NCBI RefSeq assembly: GCF_026571515.1
Contig: NW_026859100.1
Coordinates: forward strand, 62,001 to 126,000
DNA length: 64,000 nucleotides
Direction of reading: 5' to 3'
Origin: Ruditapes philippinarum
Lineage: Eukaryota
Within the stretch, counting starts at the first letter, position 1, and every line of letters starts with the position of its first letter. The notes beneath the pieces are model-generated. The model did not search any database and was not told the origin of the DNA. It worked only from the letters and a program-made list of their open reading frames with translations. The position numbers and the translations under genes were made by a program. Positions 25,001 to 36,209 of this stretch are shown here, piece by piece.

Positions 25001-28000
25001 AATTTTCAAGCTAGATTTATATGGCAGGTTGGTGGTTTTACTGATCGGGTGCACAAAATATATATCACTTAATGCAATTTATTGCTGGATGCAGAACTTC
25101 AACAATGCGTGAGCTATTTATGAACCCCAGTGTCGCAAAAAAAACAGGAAAGGAAAATATCTGTTATCTTAAGGTTGTTGATAAATAGTATTTAGTGTTA
25201 AACACATGATCGACAACTGTGTGTGTATATATGTGTTAATATACAGATAAAATTTGACAGAGGTTGTTAATCTTGTATACAGTGTATATTGAAGGTAAAA
25301 GGTCTTGTGTCCAAAAATGGGATTAAAAATAGTTCATGAATTAATTGCCTGCTTTTAAGTGACACCATTATATATGGGGACAAAAGTAAAAATTTTCCTT
25401 CTTCCTTAATGATGATATTAATTATAGAGATTCTTTATAATACAGATAGCTGGTTTGGTTTAAACATATTTATTTAAAAGCCATTGCGAAACAAGTTCTT
25501 GCAAATTATATTAACCACATTCGAGTCCGTTTACTGGAACCAACCAGTACTGGTGTCATATGAAGAAACATGGGCGAGACCCAAGTAGGGCTCGAACCTA
25601 TGATCTCTGGTTTGAAAGGCAGACACCTTAACCACTAGGCCACAATACAGATGAATTGCATATTAATGAAGATTTAATAACTAAATCTGTAGTTTATTTT
25701 ATTGTGATTTTATTGTGTTGATGTACAAAGTATTTTTCTCCAATTTTTAGCTCACCTGTCACAAAGTGACAGGGTGAGCTTTTGTGATCGCTTTTCGTCC
25801 GGCGTCCGTCCGTCCGTCCGTCCGTCGTCCGTCCGTAAACTTTTACTTTAAATGACATCTCCTCATAAACCACTAAGCCAATTTCATCCAAACTTCACAG
25901 GAATGATCCTTTGGTGGTCACCTTTAAAAATTGTTCAAAGAATTTAATTCCATGCAGAACTCTGGTTGCCATGGCAACTGAAAGAAAAAACTTTAAATAT
26001 CTTCTTTTAAAAAACCATAAGAGCTAGAGCTTAGATATTTGGCATGAAACATCTTCTAGTGAGTGTCTACCAAATTTGTTCAAAAATAAAAGCCCTGGGG
26101 TCAAAATTGGCCCCGCCCCGGGGGTCATTGATTTTCCCTATATGCATATAGTAAAAACTTAAAAAGCTTCTTTTAAATAACCCAAAGAGCTAGAGCTAAG
26201 ATATTAAGCATGAAACATGTTCTTATGGTGTCCTACCAAGTTTGTTCAAATAAAAGCCCTGGGGTCAAAATTGGTCCCGCCCGGGGGGGGGGGGGTCATT
26301 GATTTTCCCTATATGCATACAGTAAAACTTAAAAAATCTTCTTTTAAAGAACCCAAAGAGCTAGAGCTAAGATATTTAGCATGAAACATGTTCTAATGGG
26401 TGTCTACCAAGTTTGTTCAAATAAAAGCCCTGGGGTCAAAAATTGGCCCCGCCCCGGGGGTCATTGATTTTCCTTATATGCATATAGTAAAAACTTAAAA
26501 ATCTTCTTTTAAAGACTCAAAGAGCTATGGCTAAGATATTGAGCATCAAACATGTTCTAAAAGGTGTCTACTAAGTTTGTTCAAATAAAAGCCCTGGGTC
26601 AAAATTGGCCCCGCCCCAGGGGGTCATTGATTTTCCCTATATGCATATAGTAAAAACTTAAAAAATCTTCTTTTAAAGAACCAAAGAGTTAGAGCTAAGA
26701 TATTTAGCATGAAACATGTTCTAATAAGTGTCTACCAAGTTTGTTCAAATAAAAGCCCTGGGGTCAAAATTGGCCCCGCCCCAGGGGGTCATTGATTTTC
26801 CCAAGATGCATATAGTAAAAACTTAAAAAATCTTCTATTAAAGAACTCAAAGAGCTATGGCTAAGATATTTAGCATCAAACATGTTCTAATAGGTGTCTA
26901 CCAAGTTTGTTCAAATAAAAGCCCTGGGTCAAAATTGGCACCACACCCGGGGGTCATAGATTTTCCTTATATGTGTATAGCAAAAACTTAAAAAAATCTC
27001 TTTGAAAAAACCCAAATAGCTAGAGTTAAGATATTAAGCATGAAACATCTTTTAGTGAGTGTCTACAAAGTTTGTTCAAATAAAAGACCTGGGGTCAAAA
27101 TTGGCCCCGCCCTGGGGGTCATTGATTTTCTTTATATGTGTATAGCAAAATCTTAAAATCTTCTTTGAAAAAACCCAAATAGCTAGAGTTTAGATATTAA
27201 GCATGAAACATCTTCTTGTAAGTGTCTACAAAGTTTGTTCAATAAAAGCCCTGGGGTCAAAACTGGCCCGGCCCAGGGGTGTCATTGTTTTTTAACTATA
27301 TGTGTATAGTAAAAACTTGAAAAAAAATCTTCTTTTAAAAAGGCCAATGAAGCTAGAGCTTAGATGTTTAGCATGAAACATCTTATGGGTGTCTACCAAG
27401 TTTGTGCAAATAAAAGCCCTTGGGTTAAATTGGCCCTGCAACGTTGGGGGGGGGGGGGGGGGGGGGGCGACCTCAGGGCCATCATGGCCCTCTTGTTTCA
27501 TACTACCTATCACTTGTTTCCATTGCTGAAAGGTTGTCCCACTCAAAATGATTGTCTTTATTTCCCCTTCCCCTCCCCCCCCTCCCCCCCCCCAAGCCTT
27601 AACCTCAATAATGCTGATTATATACTGAAAGTAAAGGTACAGTGGTACTTAGAATACTGTAAGTTGATGTAGGTAATGTATGGAATGCATCGTGCATACT
27701 TCATAAATAACTTATTTGCTATGACTTGATAAAGGTTAAATACCAATCTGTCTAGGGTAAATATTTTGTAAAATAGCTAAGATGTCAATGTTTTCCTCCC
27801 TTTTAATGTAAACTTTAAATGTAGCCTCTTTAAATATTTAATCCTCGCATGATGCAATCTTAAAAAGGGATTAAACTCCTTAAGATTGACCGTTCCAAAT
27901 GCCTTTCCCTCTTGGATTAGCCTACGGGATAAATTTTGATATTGCACTGTTGTGTAAGTTGTAATAGTTGACGTGTTTGATATATTCACAAATATCTACA

Positions 28001-31000
28001 ACATGTTATATGTAATGACATCGTTTCCTGATTAACACTGATAAATACCACCAAACGTTATAACTACTGCACATGCATAAAAACATTGAGCTGTATAGGT
28101 GCATGCATGAAAACAGCTTTTGTGTGAGAATCACCACATGTTGTGCAGATTTACAGTTTGTTTTACCTTTTACTATTATCGATCTGTGTAGTATGTTTTA
28201 CTTTAACATAAACATACCATTGGGAAGTTATAATGGCTTTAAAAACCTTGGTGTAAAGGTTCAGTTGATCAATGCTGTAATAAAATATGAGCCGCGTCAT
28301 GACAAAACAAACATAGTGCGTTTGCGACCAGCATGGATCCAGACCAGCCTGCGCATCTGCGCAGTCTGATCAGGATCCATGCTGTTCGCTATCAGTTTCT
28401 CTACTTGTAATAGGGTTTGTAAGCAGGCTGGTCTGGATCCATGCTGGTTGCAAACCCATTATGTTGTTTTTGTCATGACGTGGCTCAAATGTATTTCTAC
28501 TGATCAGACCCATAACAGTGGATTACGATTGCTTTATGCTTTAAAGTTATTACATACATATATATAATCCAGGTGTTTTTGCACTACTTGATCTTTCATT
28601 GTTTAGAATGTTTTAAGAGCATTAATCATGATACCTTAGAAAAGAAAACACCTCCCTGCCAGAAATTATAAATACCTGTTTTATTCCTTACATTTGTATG
28701 CACCTATGGTATGGATTTTTCATTTATAATTTAAGCCTGCCTTTTCCCCTGGCCACAACTAATCTCTCTAACCCAAATTGCCTTTTATGAGTTTTGCCTA
28801 CCAATGCCTTATACTGTAACCAAAATGATTTTTGTTATATAATAAAGTTCCTTCTACCTCTTATATAAGAATTTTCCAAGTGCATATACACTTAAAGGGA
28901 ATTGACCTATAATGTTCTTAAAGGGAATTGCTCTATAATGGAAGGCCTGAAATACTATAAGTACTTATCAATATTGATAGTATCTAGTATTAGACATAAC
29001 AACAAACTTCGATAGAATTATATATGAATATTTTTGGCAAGTGTGAATTCTATACATGATCTGATATTACATATATTCATTTAGCAGATAATAAAATTGT
29101 TCTAAAACAGAATGCATGTATTATTCTTCATTTTTTAAATGTACATACAAAATCACTAAGATCTTTATCAACAGTTTGATTTTTATTCAAAGAAATATCC
29201 AAAGATACCTTTCTATTGTTTTTATCAATATTTGAATTATTTTTATCAATATTGGAATATTTGGAAAATTTGCCGATCGTAGACCAATCCACTTTAAATG
29301 GCAAATATGCCTTTGTAGACCAATCCACTTTAAAATGAATTCACTTGTATTTCATACTTCTTTTCAAATGAATTTTCTTTTATAATTTATATCTCATTTT
29401 TGCTACACAGTATGCTGACCCAGTGGCGGACCTGTTGGACAAGTGGGGAGTTTTTAGGGCGCGTTTATTCAGGGAATCATGTGTCTTTCATAGGGGTAAC
29501 TATGTCAAAGTAAGTATAGTTATTACATAGATTTGACACTTGGAAACTGATTATTAAACAAGCTGATAAATATTAAGCTGCAACTGTTGTAGCCATACAT
29601 AAATTAAAACAAGACGCTCCTTGAAGGGCGTTTCGCAGCTCTCCATTCTCCATTCGAGCCAAGTCTAACAAAGCTTGTCCATAACAGAAGTAGGCATCTG
29701 CACATTTTGTTATCTTTAATAAGTAATTGATTGATTGATTGGTTGATTGATGAATAAACAGATTGATGGATGGATCTTTGAATGATTGTGTGATTGATTG
29801 ATTGATTGATTGATCATAAACATGATAAACTGCATAATATTACATGTATATGAAAGGACTGAGTAGAAAAGACTTTGTTTTATAGCTTATCTACGAGGGT
29901 TTATATTTATCGCTATTTTATTACTTTATATACATTTTTAGTATTTGAGAATGTTGTGTTTTACATATATGACATCTGTTTGTTAAGGTACTTGTCAAAG
30001 AATGTTTTGTAATTTTAACAGTTGTCCTTCATAGAGAGGCAAAATATGTACATGTACATACAAATATATATAGAATGTTTAAAACTAGCTAAGATGAAGT
30101 ATGGAGGCTATATTTGAATATTGGAATGTTTTTCGATAGAATTTTTAATGCAATGGTAAATCAGTGATATAAACTCTAACCATGCAGGAAGCAACTGAAT
30201 CTTCCCCTGCTACCAGTGCAGACCAATATTGGCAAACACATAACGTCTGCGCTATTATCTATTTTAGTCTTATTCAGATTTACGTTGAATTTTTTTTTAT
30301 TCTGTCCAGATTGAAAGATAGACAAGTCCATTTAAGATATTTAGCAGGGAAATGGTTTAGATGAAAATGGAAAGGTTATTTTGAATGTTATAACAGAATT
30401 TTGAAGGCAATGTATTGTTTAATCATGGTCTGCACTTATTGCTATTCAGTCAGTACATATTTTGACATTTTCCCATAAAAGGATGAATGTATTTGTCCGG
30501 ATTTAAAAAAGTGACAATATTGAGTGTGGTAATGGTCCAATTATTTGGTTTATTTGAATCACATTAACTAATTAAGAATAACTAATGAAGATAATTCTAG
30601 CACACACTGACATTGCATCAAAACATATCTATGATACAGTCAAACCTTGTTTTGCTCGAACTCGGAGGGTTCAGGCAAAACTGTTTCGAGAAATCGGTAG
30701 TTCACTGTAATTAAAATGTTTACAACATAATCATGAATCAGAAAGAAAATCAGAATAAAGTCAGAATACATGTGTAGAGCTCTATATATTTATTATGTTA
30801 TAACGGATGTATATGTTAATTTCATTTTTTCAGGACTTAAGTCGACTTGGACGTGATCTAGGTCAGGTGATAATTATAGATAACTAATTTATATGTTTAT
30901 TACATTATTTTCAGGACTTAAGTCGACTTGGGCGTGATCTAAGTCAGGTGATAATTATAGATAACTGATATATATGATTATTACATATTTTCAGGACTTA

Positions 31001-34000
31001 AGTCAACTTGGACGTGATCTAAGTCAGGTGATAATTATAGATAACTGATATATATGTTTATTACATTATTTTCAGGACTTAAGTCGACTTGGGAGTGATC
31101 TAAGTCAGGTGATAATTATAGATAACTGATATATATGTTTATTACATTATTTTCAGGACTTAAGTCGACTTGGGCGTGATCTAAGTCAGGTGATTATTAT
31201 AGATAACTGATATATATGATTATTACATATTTTCAGGACTTAAGTCGACTTGGGCGTGATCTAAGTCAGGTGATAATTATAGATAACTGATATATATGAT
31301 TATTACATATTTTCAGGACTTAAGTCGACTTGGGCGTGATCTAAGTCAGGTGATAATTATAGATAACTGATATATATGATTATTACATATTTTCAGGACT
31401 TAAGTTGACTTGGACGTGATCTAAGTCAGGTGATAATTATAGATAACTGATATATATGATTATTACATATTTTCAGGACTTAAGTCGACTTGGACGTGAT
31501 CTAAGTCAGGTGATAATTATAGATAACTGATATATATGATTATTACATATTTTCAGGACTTAAGTCGACTTGGACGTGATCTAAGTCAGGTGATAATTAT
31601 AGATAACTGATATATATATGATAATTACATATTTTCAGGACTTAAGTCGACTTGGAAGTGATCTAAGTCAGGTGATAATTATAGATAACTGATATATATG
31701 ATTATTACATTATTTTCAGGACTTAAGTCGACTTGGACGTGATCTAAGTCAGGTGATAATTATAGATAACTGATATATATGATTATTACATATTTTCAGG
31801 ACTTAAGTCGACTTGGACGTGATCTAAGTCAGGTGATTATTATAGATAACTGATATATATGTTTATTACATTATTTTCAGGACTTAAGTCGACTTGGACG
31901 TGATCTAAGTCAGGTGATAATTATAGATAACTGATATATATGATTATTACATATTTTCAGGACTTAAGTCGACTTGGACGTGATCTAAGTCAGGTGATAA
32001 TTATAGATAACTGATATATATGTTTATTACATATTTTCAGGACTTAAGTTGACTTGGACATGATCTAAGTCAGGTGATTATTATAGATAACTGATATATA
32101 TGTTTATTACATATTTTCAGGACTTAAGTCGACTTGGACGTGATCTAAGTCAGGTGATTATTATAGATAACTGATATATATGTTTATTACATTATTTTCA
32201 GGACTTAAGTCGACTTGGACGTGATCTTAGTCAGGTGATTATTATAGATAACTGATATATATGTTTATTACATATTTTCAGGACTTAAGTCGACTTGGAC
32301 GTGATCTAAGTCAGGTGATTATTATAGATAACTGATATATATGTTTATTACATTATTTTCAGGACTTAAGGTAGAACGCGACACTTTGCGAACTTTAGAG
32401 TAGCGTCTTGAAAATTGGCATGCAAAAAATTGACCATATTTCTGATTGGATTTCGTTGATTTTATTTCAATAGTTTCAGCCAATTTTTGTACACATGACG
32501 TCAAAGTTGACCATCAAAGCCCGTTTTTGAACATGACGTCGTTGCGTATCCTTGGCAACTGTTACGGGTATTTTAACGCCATTGGCGGACAAAATATCTT
32601 AAATCCTACAGCATTCGACGGAAATTATTTTTTCCTTTAAGCAGATATAAAATTTATTGTTTTACGCCGAAAATTGTTTGAGAAATGGAAAGAAAATTGT
32701 CAATTTTGTGTAAAATTTGACGTTCAGTTTAGCCGCAATTTTCGGCTTTAAAGCGGCTTATTAAAAAATTCCTGAAATAAATTTTTGATTTTTTTCTTTA
32801 AGCGTCCTTTAAAATGTATATTTAGTCAAAATATCTAAACAAATTAGGGGGTCACCGACTCAATTTTTTCGGTACACATGATTTTATTTCCCCCACCCCT
32901 TTGGAAAAAAGTCACGCTATCACGGGGCGTTTGGTTTTTTGATGTTATTAAAACGATCGCCCTGTGTCAAAATCCCGCTTTTTACGGCATTTTACGCTAT
33001 TATGACCACTGCGGAAAATATTTGGATACAATAAAGGACACGGAATTCCGTATATTATAGATAGACAGGTAAAAATAAGTGAAATTTGATGTACGGGACC
33101 GTATATCATGCATATGTATACGACTAATATACCGTGATCCGTACACTCGTAATATGCGGGAACTTTGAATGAAGTTCATATTTACTACGTATTTTTTTTT
33201 AATTACACGATCAGATATTACCAAAATATGTTTTTTTTTATTCTTGTAAATACAGATTTTGTATATAAAACAGTGAATAAAGATGTACTTCAGAATTACC
33301 CACTTTCTACAAGAGGAAAGAAATAATAGTCTGATCTGACATTTGTCAGAATAACATTAAATAGTAAAACTTTGAGTAAAATGTAATATTTAACATGTAT
33401 AAAACATGTGTTTTATTAACATGTCAGTTGCATACTGATTAAATAGTTAGTGAAACATCGACAGATCCTCTACAGTGCCCATAGCTTGTACAGACAAAAA
33501 AATGACAATATATATTGAAATATCTTTATTTTGTATAAAGATTTACAACGCAACACTCCTTTGTGCAGTCAGTATCTAGCTCAGGGCCGCCGGTTTGCTA
33601 AAATCCGCAAACCTGTATTTACAGCGTTTCATTATATTTCATGTTTAAAGTACTGTTTCTAAATTTTCCTGTTCAAAATAAATTCTACCATAAATTTTGC
33701 TACACAGTGAATAATGAATATTTGCAAAGGCCGATTTGATAGTAATGTTTTTAATACAGCGTTTATGGCGAATCCTCAATTAATCATTATTTCTAACATT
33801 ATGATATTCTAAAATGATAAGCAAAACGAGAGAATATGTATTACAGATACTTGTAGAATCGAACGTGCTACATCTGTAATCCAACACCCACTGAGCTAAC
33901 GTTTCAAGCATGACTGTTTGCTTCACGCTAATATAATTGACTTAGTTTCATTTATGAACCGTATATTTTAATTTGTCAATATTTCGCCAATTCTGTCAAA

Positions 34001-36209
34001 TTGTTGCAATAGTTTTTGATTACAAGTGAGATTCAAATTCTGGTTTTTAATAGGTGAAATAAAATACATATCACTCACAGTATATCACTCATAGTGTGGG
34101 TAATGCAAAATGTATAGATTTGCAGAATTTCTTGTAGACTACGTATTAATTTATGATTGAATTTCCGTAAATTTCTAAATTTACATAAAAATATATAGTT
34201 GCTTTTTGTTCCTTAAGGCATATTTCTCGATTCAAGTTTATTAATCTTATTGTATTACAATATCAAAAAGGAACACCGCAAATGTTTACTCTCAGCTGTA
34301 TTTATTTTTGTTTGCGCAGCGTACGCGTTGCCGTTGAACGCCTGACGTCATTTTCTTTACATGCGTCTGTTTACAATTCCTTATGAAGTTATTAATCATG
34401 CTTAAAAACAAGAAAAAAAATCGTTTGTTTTTCGTACAATTTTAAGTATTTGCAATGGAACATTGCTGTAGTTGTTTTATATGTATTAGTAAAACTCTAG
34501 AACAATTCTCCTGATAAGCTGAACATTGTTGCCGCACTTTGAAGTCTCAAACGTATCTGCATACGTCGAATTTCGTTACAAAATTACTCACGTGTGGGGG
34601 AAATAAAATCACGTGTACCGAAAAAATTGAGTCGGTGACCCCCTAATTTTTTTTGTTATTTTGACTAAATATACATCTTAAAGGACGTTTAAAGAAAAAA
34701 ATCAAAAATTTATTTCAGGAATTTTTTAATAAGCCGCTTTATAGCCGAAAATTGCGGCTAAACTGAACGTCAAATTTTACACAAAATTGACAATTTTCTT
34801 TCCATTTCTCAAACAATTTTCGGCGTAAAACAATAAATTTTATATCTGCTTAAAGGAAAAAATAATTTCCGTCGAATGTTGTAGAATTTAAGATATTTTG
34901 TCCGCCAATGGCGTTGAAATACCCGTAACAGTTGCCAAGGATACGCAACGACGTCATGTTCAAAAACGGGCTTTGATGGTCAACTTTGACGTCATGTGTA
35001 CAAAAATTGGCTGAAACTATTGAAATAAAATCAACGAAATCCAATCAGAAATATGGTCAATTTTTTGCATGCCAATTTTCAAGATGCTACTCGAAAGTTC
35101 GCAAAGTGTCGCGTTCTACCTTAAGTCGACTTGGACGTGACCTAAGTCAGGTGATAATTATAGATAACTGATATATATGTTTATTACATTATTTTCAGGA
35201 CTTAAGTCGACTTGGGCGTGATCTAAGTCAGGTGATAATTATAGATAACTGATATATATGATTATTACATATTTTCAGGACTTAAGTCGACTTGGACGTG
35301 ATCTTAGTCAGGTGATAATTATAGATAACTGATATATATGTTTATTACATTATTTTCAGGACTTAAGTCGACTTGGGCGTGATCTAAGTCAGGTGATAAT
35401 TATAGATAACTGATATATATGTTTATTACATATTTTCAGGACTTAAGTCGACTTGGACGTGATCTAAGTCAGGTGATAATTATAGATAACTGATATATAT
35501 GTTTATTACATTTTTTCAGGACTTAAGTCGACTTGGGCGTGATCTAAGTCAGGTGATAATTATAGATAACTCGCCAGCTTCCTATATCTTCCATCCTGAT
35601 AATGCAGTAAGTATTCCTGCTATTTTTAGAAGCATTACTTTTGGGTTTATCTTCTTGAATGTAAACGGGAACAGGATCCCACCTCAGTCTTCGGATTCTA
35701 TCCAGCTAGCTTACTAATGATTGGTGGTCTACTCAACTGCTTGCTTGTGCCTGAAATAATGCACAGCAGGTAACGTGGTGTGTTAGTTTAAACATAGTTA
35801 TTTAAGCTTGATTGCGAAACTTATATTAATCACTTTCGAGTCCGCTTCCTGGAAACAATCCATACTGGTGTCCTATCATAAAGAAACATGGTCGTATTTA
35901 CCTCTCATTTTAGCATCAAACTTTTCATTTCTAGCATTGCACTCCTCATTTTTCTTTCGAGAAAGGTTGTTTTTATTGTGAAATTGTACTACCTTTGGTA
36001 CAATCATGTACTTCTTATTCTGGCTTTCAAGCGATAATAAACCCTTTTATATAATAATTCTTTTATTTTTACAGGTACCTTGCCAGTCTTGGTTTGATGA
36101 TATGCAAGATACTGAATTACTAGACCTTATACCATTTTTCGAAGGACTTGCTAAAGTCGATGACGTGTATTCAGTGTTACGAAATACGAACAATACGGAT
36201 TCTTCCTAG
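9684..36209 (+). CDS. CTDSPL: CTD small phosphatase (SCP; CTDSP1/CTDSP2/CTDSPL co-orthologue), 265 aa; join(9684..9759,20381..20526,21657..21761,24757..24906,29411..29509,35520..35606,36075..36209)
   Basis: All introns are GT-AG with compatible phases (1,0,0,0,0,0). N-terminus [16 protein letters not shown], di-Cys motif FLCCF, HAD catalytic motif [12 protein letters not shown], then [67 protein letters not shown] and SWFDD; all are hallmarks of the FCP/SCP family. Confidence 0.96.
12302..12327. repeat. (CA)n microsatellite
   Basis: Direct read; another (CA)n at ~16021-16053. Confidence 0.9.
14411..14778. mobile_element. TTAA-target MITE (TIR AGCWGCAYGCCTC...)
   Basis: TTAA|agctacatgcctc ... 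ggaggtaagctgct|TTAA; related to 56156-56465 and ~48870-49200. Confidence 0.7.
15276..15545. mobile_element. TTAA-target MITE (TIR GGTAGTCTTAC)
   Basis: TTAA|ggtagtcttactttaatgctttcc ... ggaaagcattacagtaagactacc|ttga; a related right end lies at ~23404-23417. Confidence 0.7.
16090..16238. repeat. ~33-bp minisatellite (aatgaaatcYtctttggggtttaggatcc...)
   Basis: About four degenerate tandem units. Confidence 0.7.
18302..18416 (+). CDS. Candidate alternative first coding exon of CTDSP ([39 protein letters not shown])
   Basis: ATG-initiated 38 codons ending AAAG|gtagtt in phase 1, the phase that exon 2 (20381) requires. No homology support. Confidence 0.3.
18605..18800 (+). mobile_element. tRNA-derived SINE
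   Basis: A box TGGCCGAGTGG and B box GGTTCAAACC, followed by a gtactggttggttccag...aacgga body shared with the SINE at 25470-25643. Confidence 0.7.
20381..20526 (+). CDS. CTDSPL: CTDSP coding exon 2
   Basis: tttttcag|GG TCG...; [22 protein letters not shown]...[11 protein letters not shown]|gtaaat. An alternative in-frame gtaaat donor at 20497 is also possible. Confidence 0.85.
21241..21600 (+). mobile_element. Degraded HINE-like element
   Basis: Residual 5' palindrome-like start, short gcgtca tract and ~170-bp repeated ttgaaactt...cacactt core. Confidence 0.4.
21657..21761 (+). CDS. CTDSPL: CTDSP coding exon 3 (catalytic DLDET motif)
   Basis: tttcag|[35 protein letters not shown]|gtaagc. 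Confidence 0.96.
21750..22200 (+). repeat. Degenerate ~30-bp minisatellite resembling the exon 3 donor junction
   Basis: AGTTCATTTAAG|GTAAGCT is echoed as aagttaatttaaggtgaaagct, aagctcattttatggtaagct, aactcattttataataagct, agttcatttaaagcgaagct and others. Confidence 0.55.
23509..23590 (+). repeat. Two tandem copies (~41 bp) of the exon 4 acceptor plus the first 13-16 nt of exon 4
   Basis: ttattttttatttcag-ccaattagtaatgcag (23519-23550) and tatttttcatttcag-ccaattagtaatg (23561-23588) match the true junction at 24741-24772. Confidence 0.85.
23603..24727 (+). mobile_element. Non-autonomous Helentron-type element (HINE-like), ~4 internal ~170-bp repeats
   Basis: 5' palindrome agtcccctaccggtttaccggaggggact, (GTCC/GTCT)n tract at 23646-23724, core repeats beginning aaactggatcc at ~23728, 23897, 24067 and 24238, 3' subterminal repeat accggtaggggact plus short hairpin. 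Confidence 0.82.
24757..24906 (+). CDS. CTDSPL: CTDSP coding exon 4
   Basis: tttcag|[50 protein letters not shown]|gtacga. Confidence 0.96.
25470..25643 (-). mobile_element. tRNA-derived SINE
   Basis: Minus strand A box TGGCCTAGTGG and B box GGTTCGAGCCC; body ccagtactggttggttccagtaaacggactcg. Confidence 0.72.
25747..27497 (+). mobile_element. Non-autonomous Helentron-type element (HINE-like), ~9 internal ~165-bp repeats
   Basis: 5' palindrome agctcacctgtcacaaagtgacagggtgagct, (GTCC)n tract, nine aaaagccctgggg-containing units, 3' stem-loop agggccatcatggccct. Confidence 0.85.
28288..28487. mobile_element. Palindromic MITE copy with a deletion in the right arm
   Basis: tgagccgcgtcatgacaaaac ... 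gtcatgacgtggctca; same family as 1992-2228. Confidence 0.85.
29411..29509 (+). CDS. CTDSPL: CTDSP coding exon 5
   Basis: acacag|[33 protein letters not shown]|gtaagt. Confidence 0.96.
29728..29814. repeat. (GATT)n imperfect microsatellite
   Basis: Direct read. Confidence 0.8.
30805..35570 (+). repeat. 80/81-bp tandem array made of the exon 6 acceptor (29-30 nt of intron) plus the first 51 nt of exon 6; 25 units, the last being the real exon
   Basis: Exon-like starts (cag|GACTTAAG) at 30834, 30915, 30995, 31076, 31157, 31237, 31317, 31397, 31477, 31557, 31639, 31720, 31800, 31881, 31961, 32041, 32121, 32202, 32282, 32363 (split by the transposon), 35199, 35279, 35360, 35440 and 35520. Confidence 0.95.
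32370..35120. mobile_element. Non-autonomous DNA transposon, 2751 bp, ~527-bp TIRs, TTAA TSD (Kolobok-like)
   Basis: TTAA (32366-32369)|GGTAGAACGCGACACTTTGCG ... CGCAAAGTGTCGCGTTCTACC|TTAA (35121-35124). TIRs span 32370-32897 and 34594-35120. Removing the element restores repeat unit 20 exactly. No transposase ORF inside. Confidence 0.92.
35520..35606 (+). CDS. CTDSPL: CTDSP coding exon 6
   Basis: ttttttcag|[29 protein letters not shown]|gtaagt; the only array unit that continues into SPASY and a consensus donor. Confidence 0.93.
36075..36209 (+). CDS. CTDSPL: CTDSP terminal coding exon 7
   Basis: tttacag|[44 protein letters not shown](TAG). Confidence 0.95.
   Translation, partial: VPCQSWFDDMQDTELLDLIPFFEGLAKVDDVYSVLRNTNNTDSS

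Noticed and set aside
32370-35120. piggyBac assignment based on the TTAA TSD
   Set aside because: Termini are GG...CC rather than the CC...GG typical of piggyBac; they fit Kolobok better.
32322-35171. Mirror-image ORF pairs (32446/34850 and 32322/34986)
   Set aside because: They are the two TIRs of the transposon read in opposite directions and show no transposase motifs.
21762-35519. Intronic miR-26 as hosted by vertebrate CTDSP genes
   Set aside because: I found no TTCAAGTAAT[CT]CAGGATAGG-like mature sequence in a hairpin by eye, and miR-26 is a vertebrate family.
30805-35570. CRISPR-like appearance of the regular 80-bp array
   Set aside because: No unique spacers, units are near-identical end to end, they derive from a eukaryotic intron-exon junction, and there are no cas genes.
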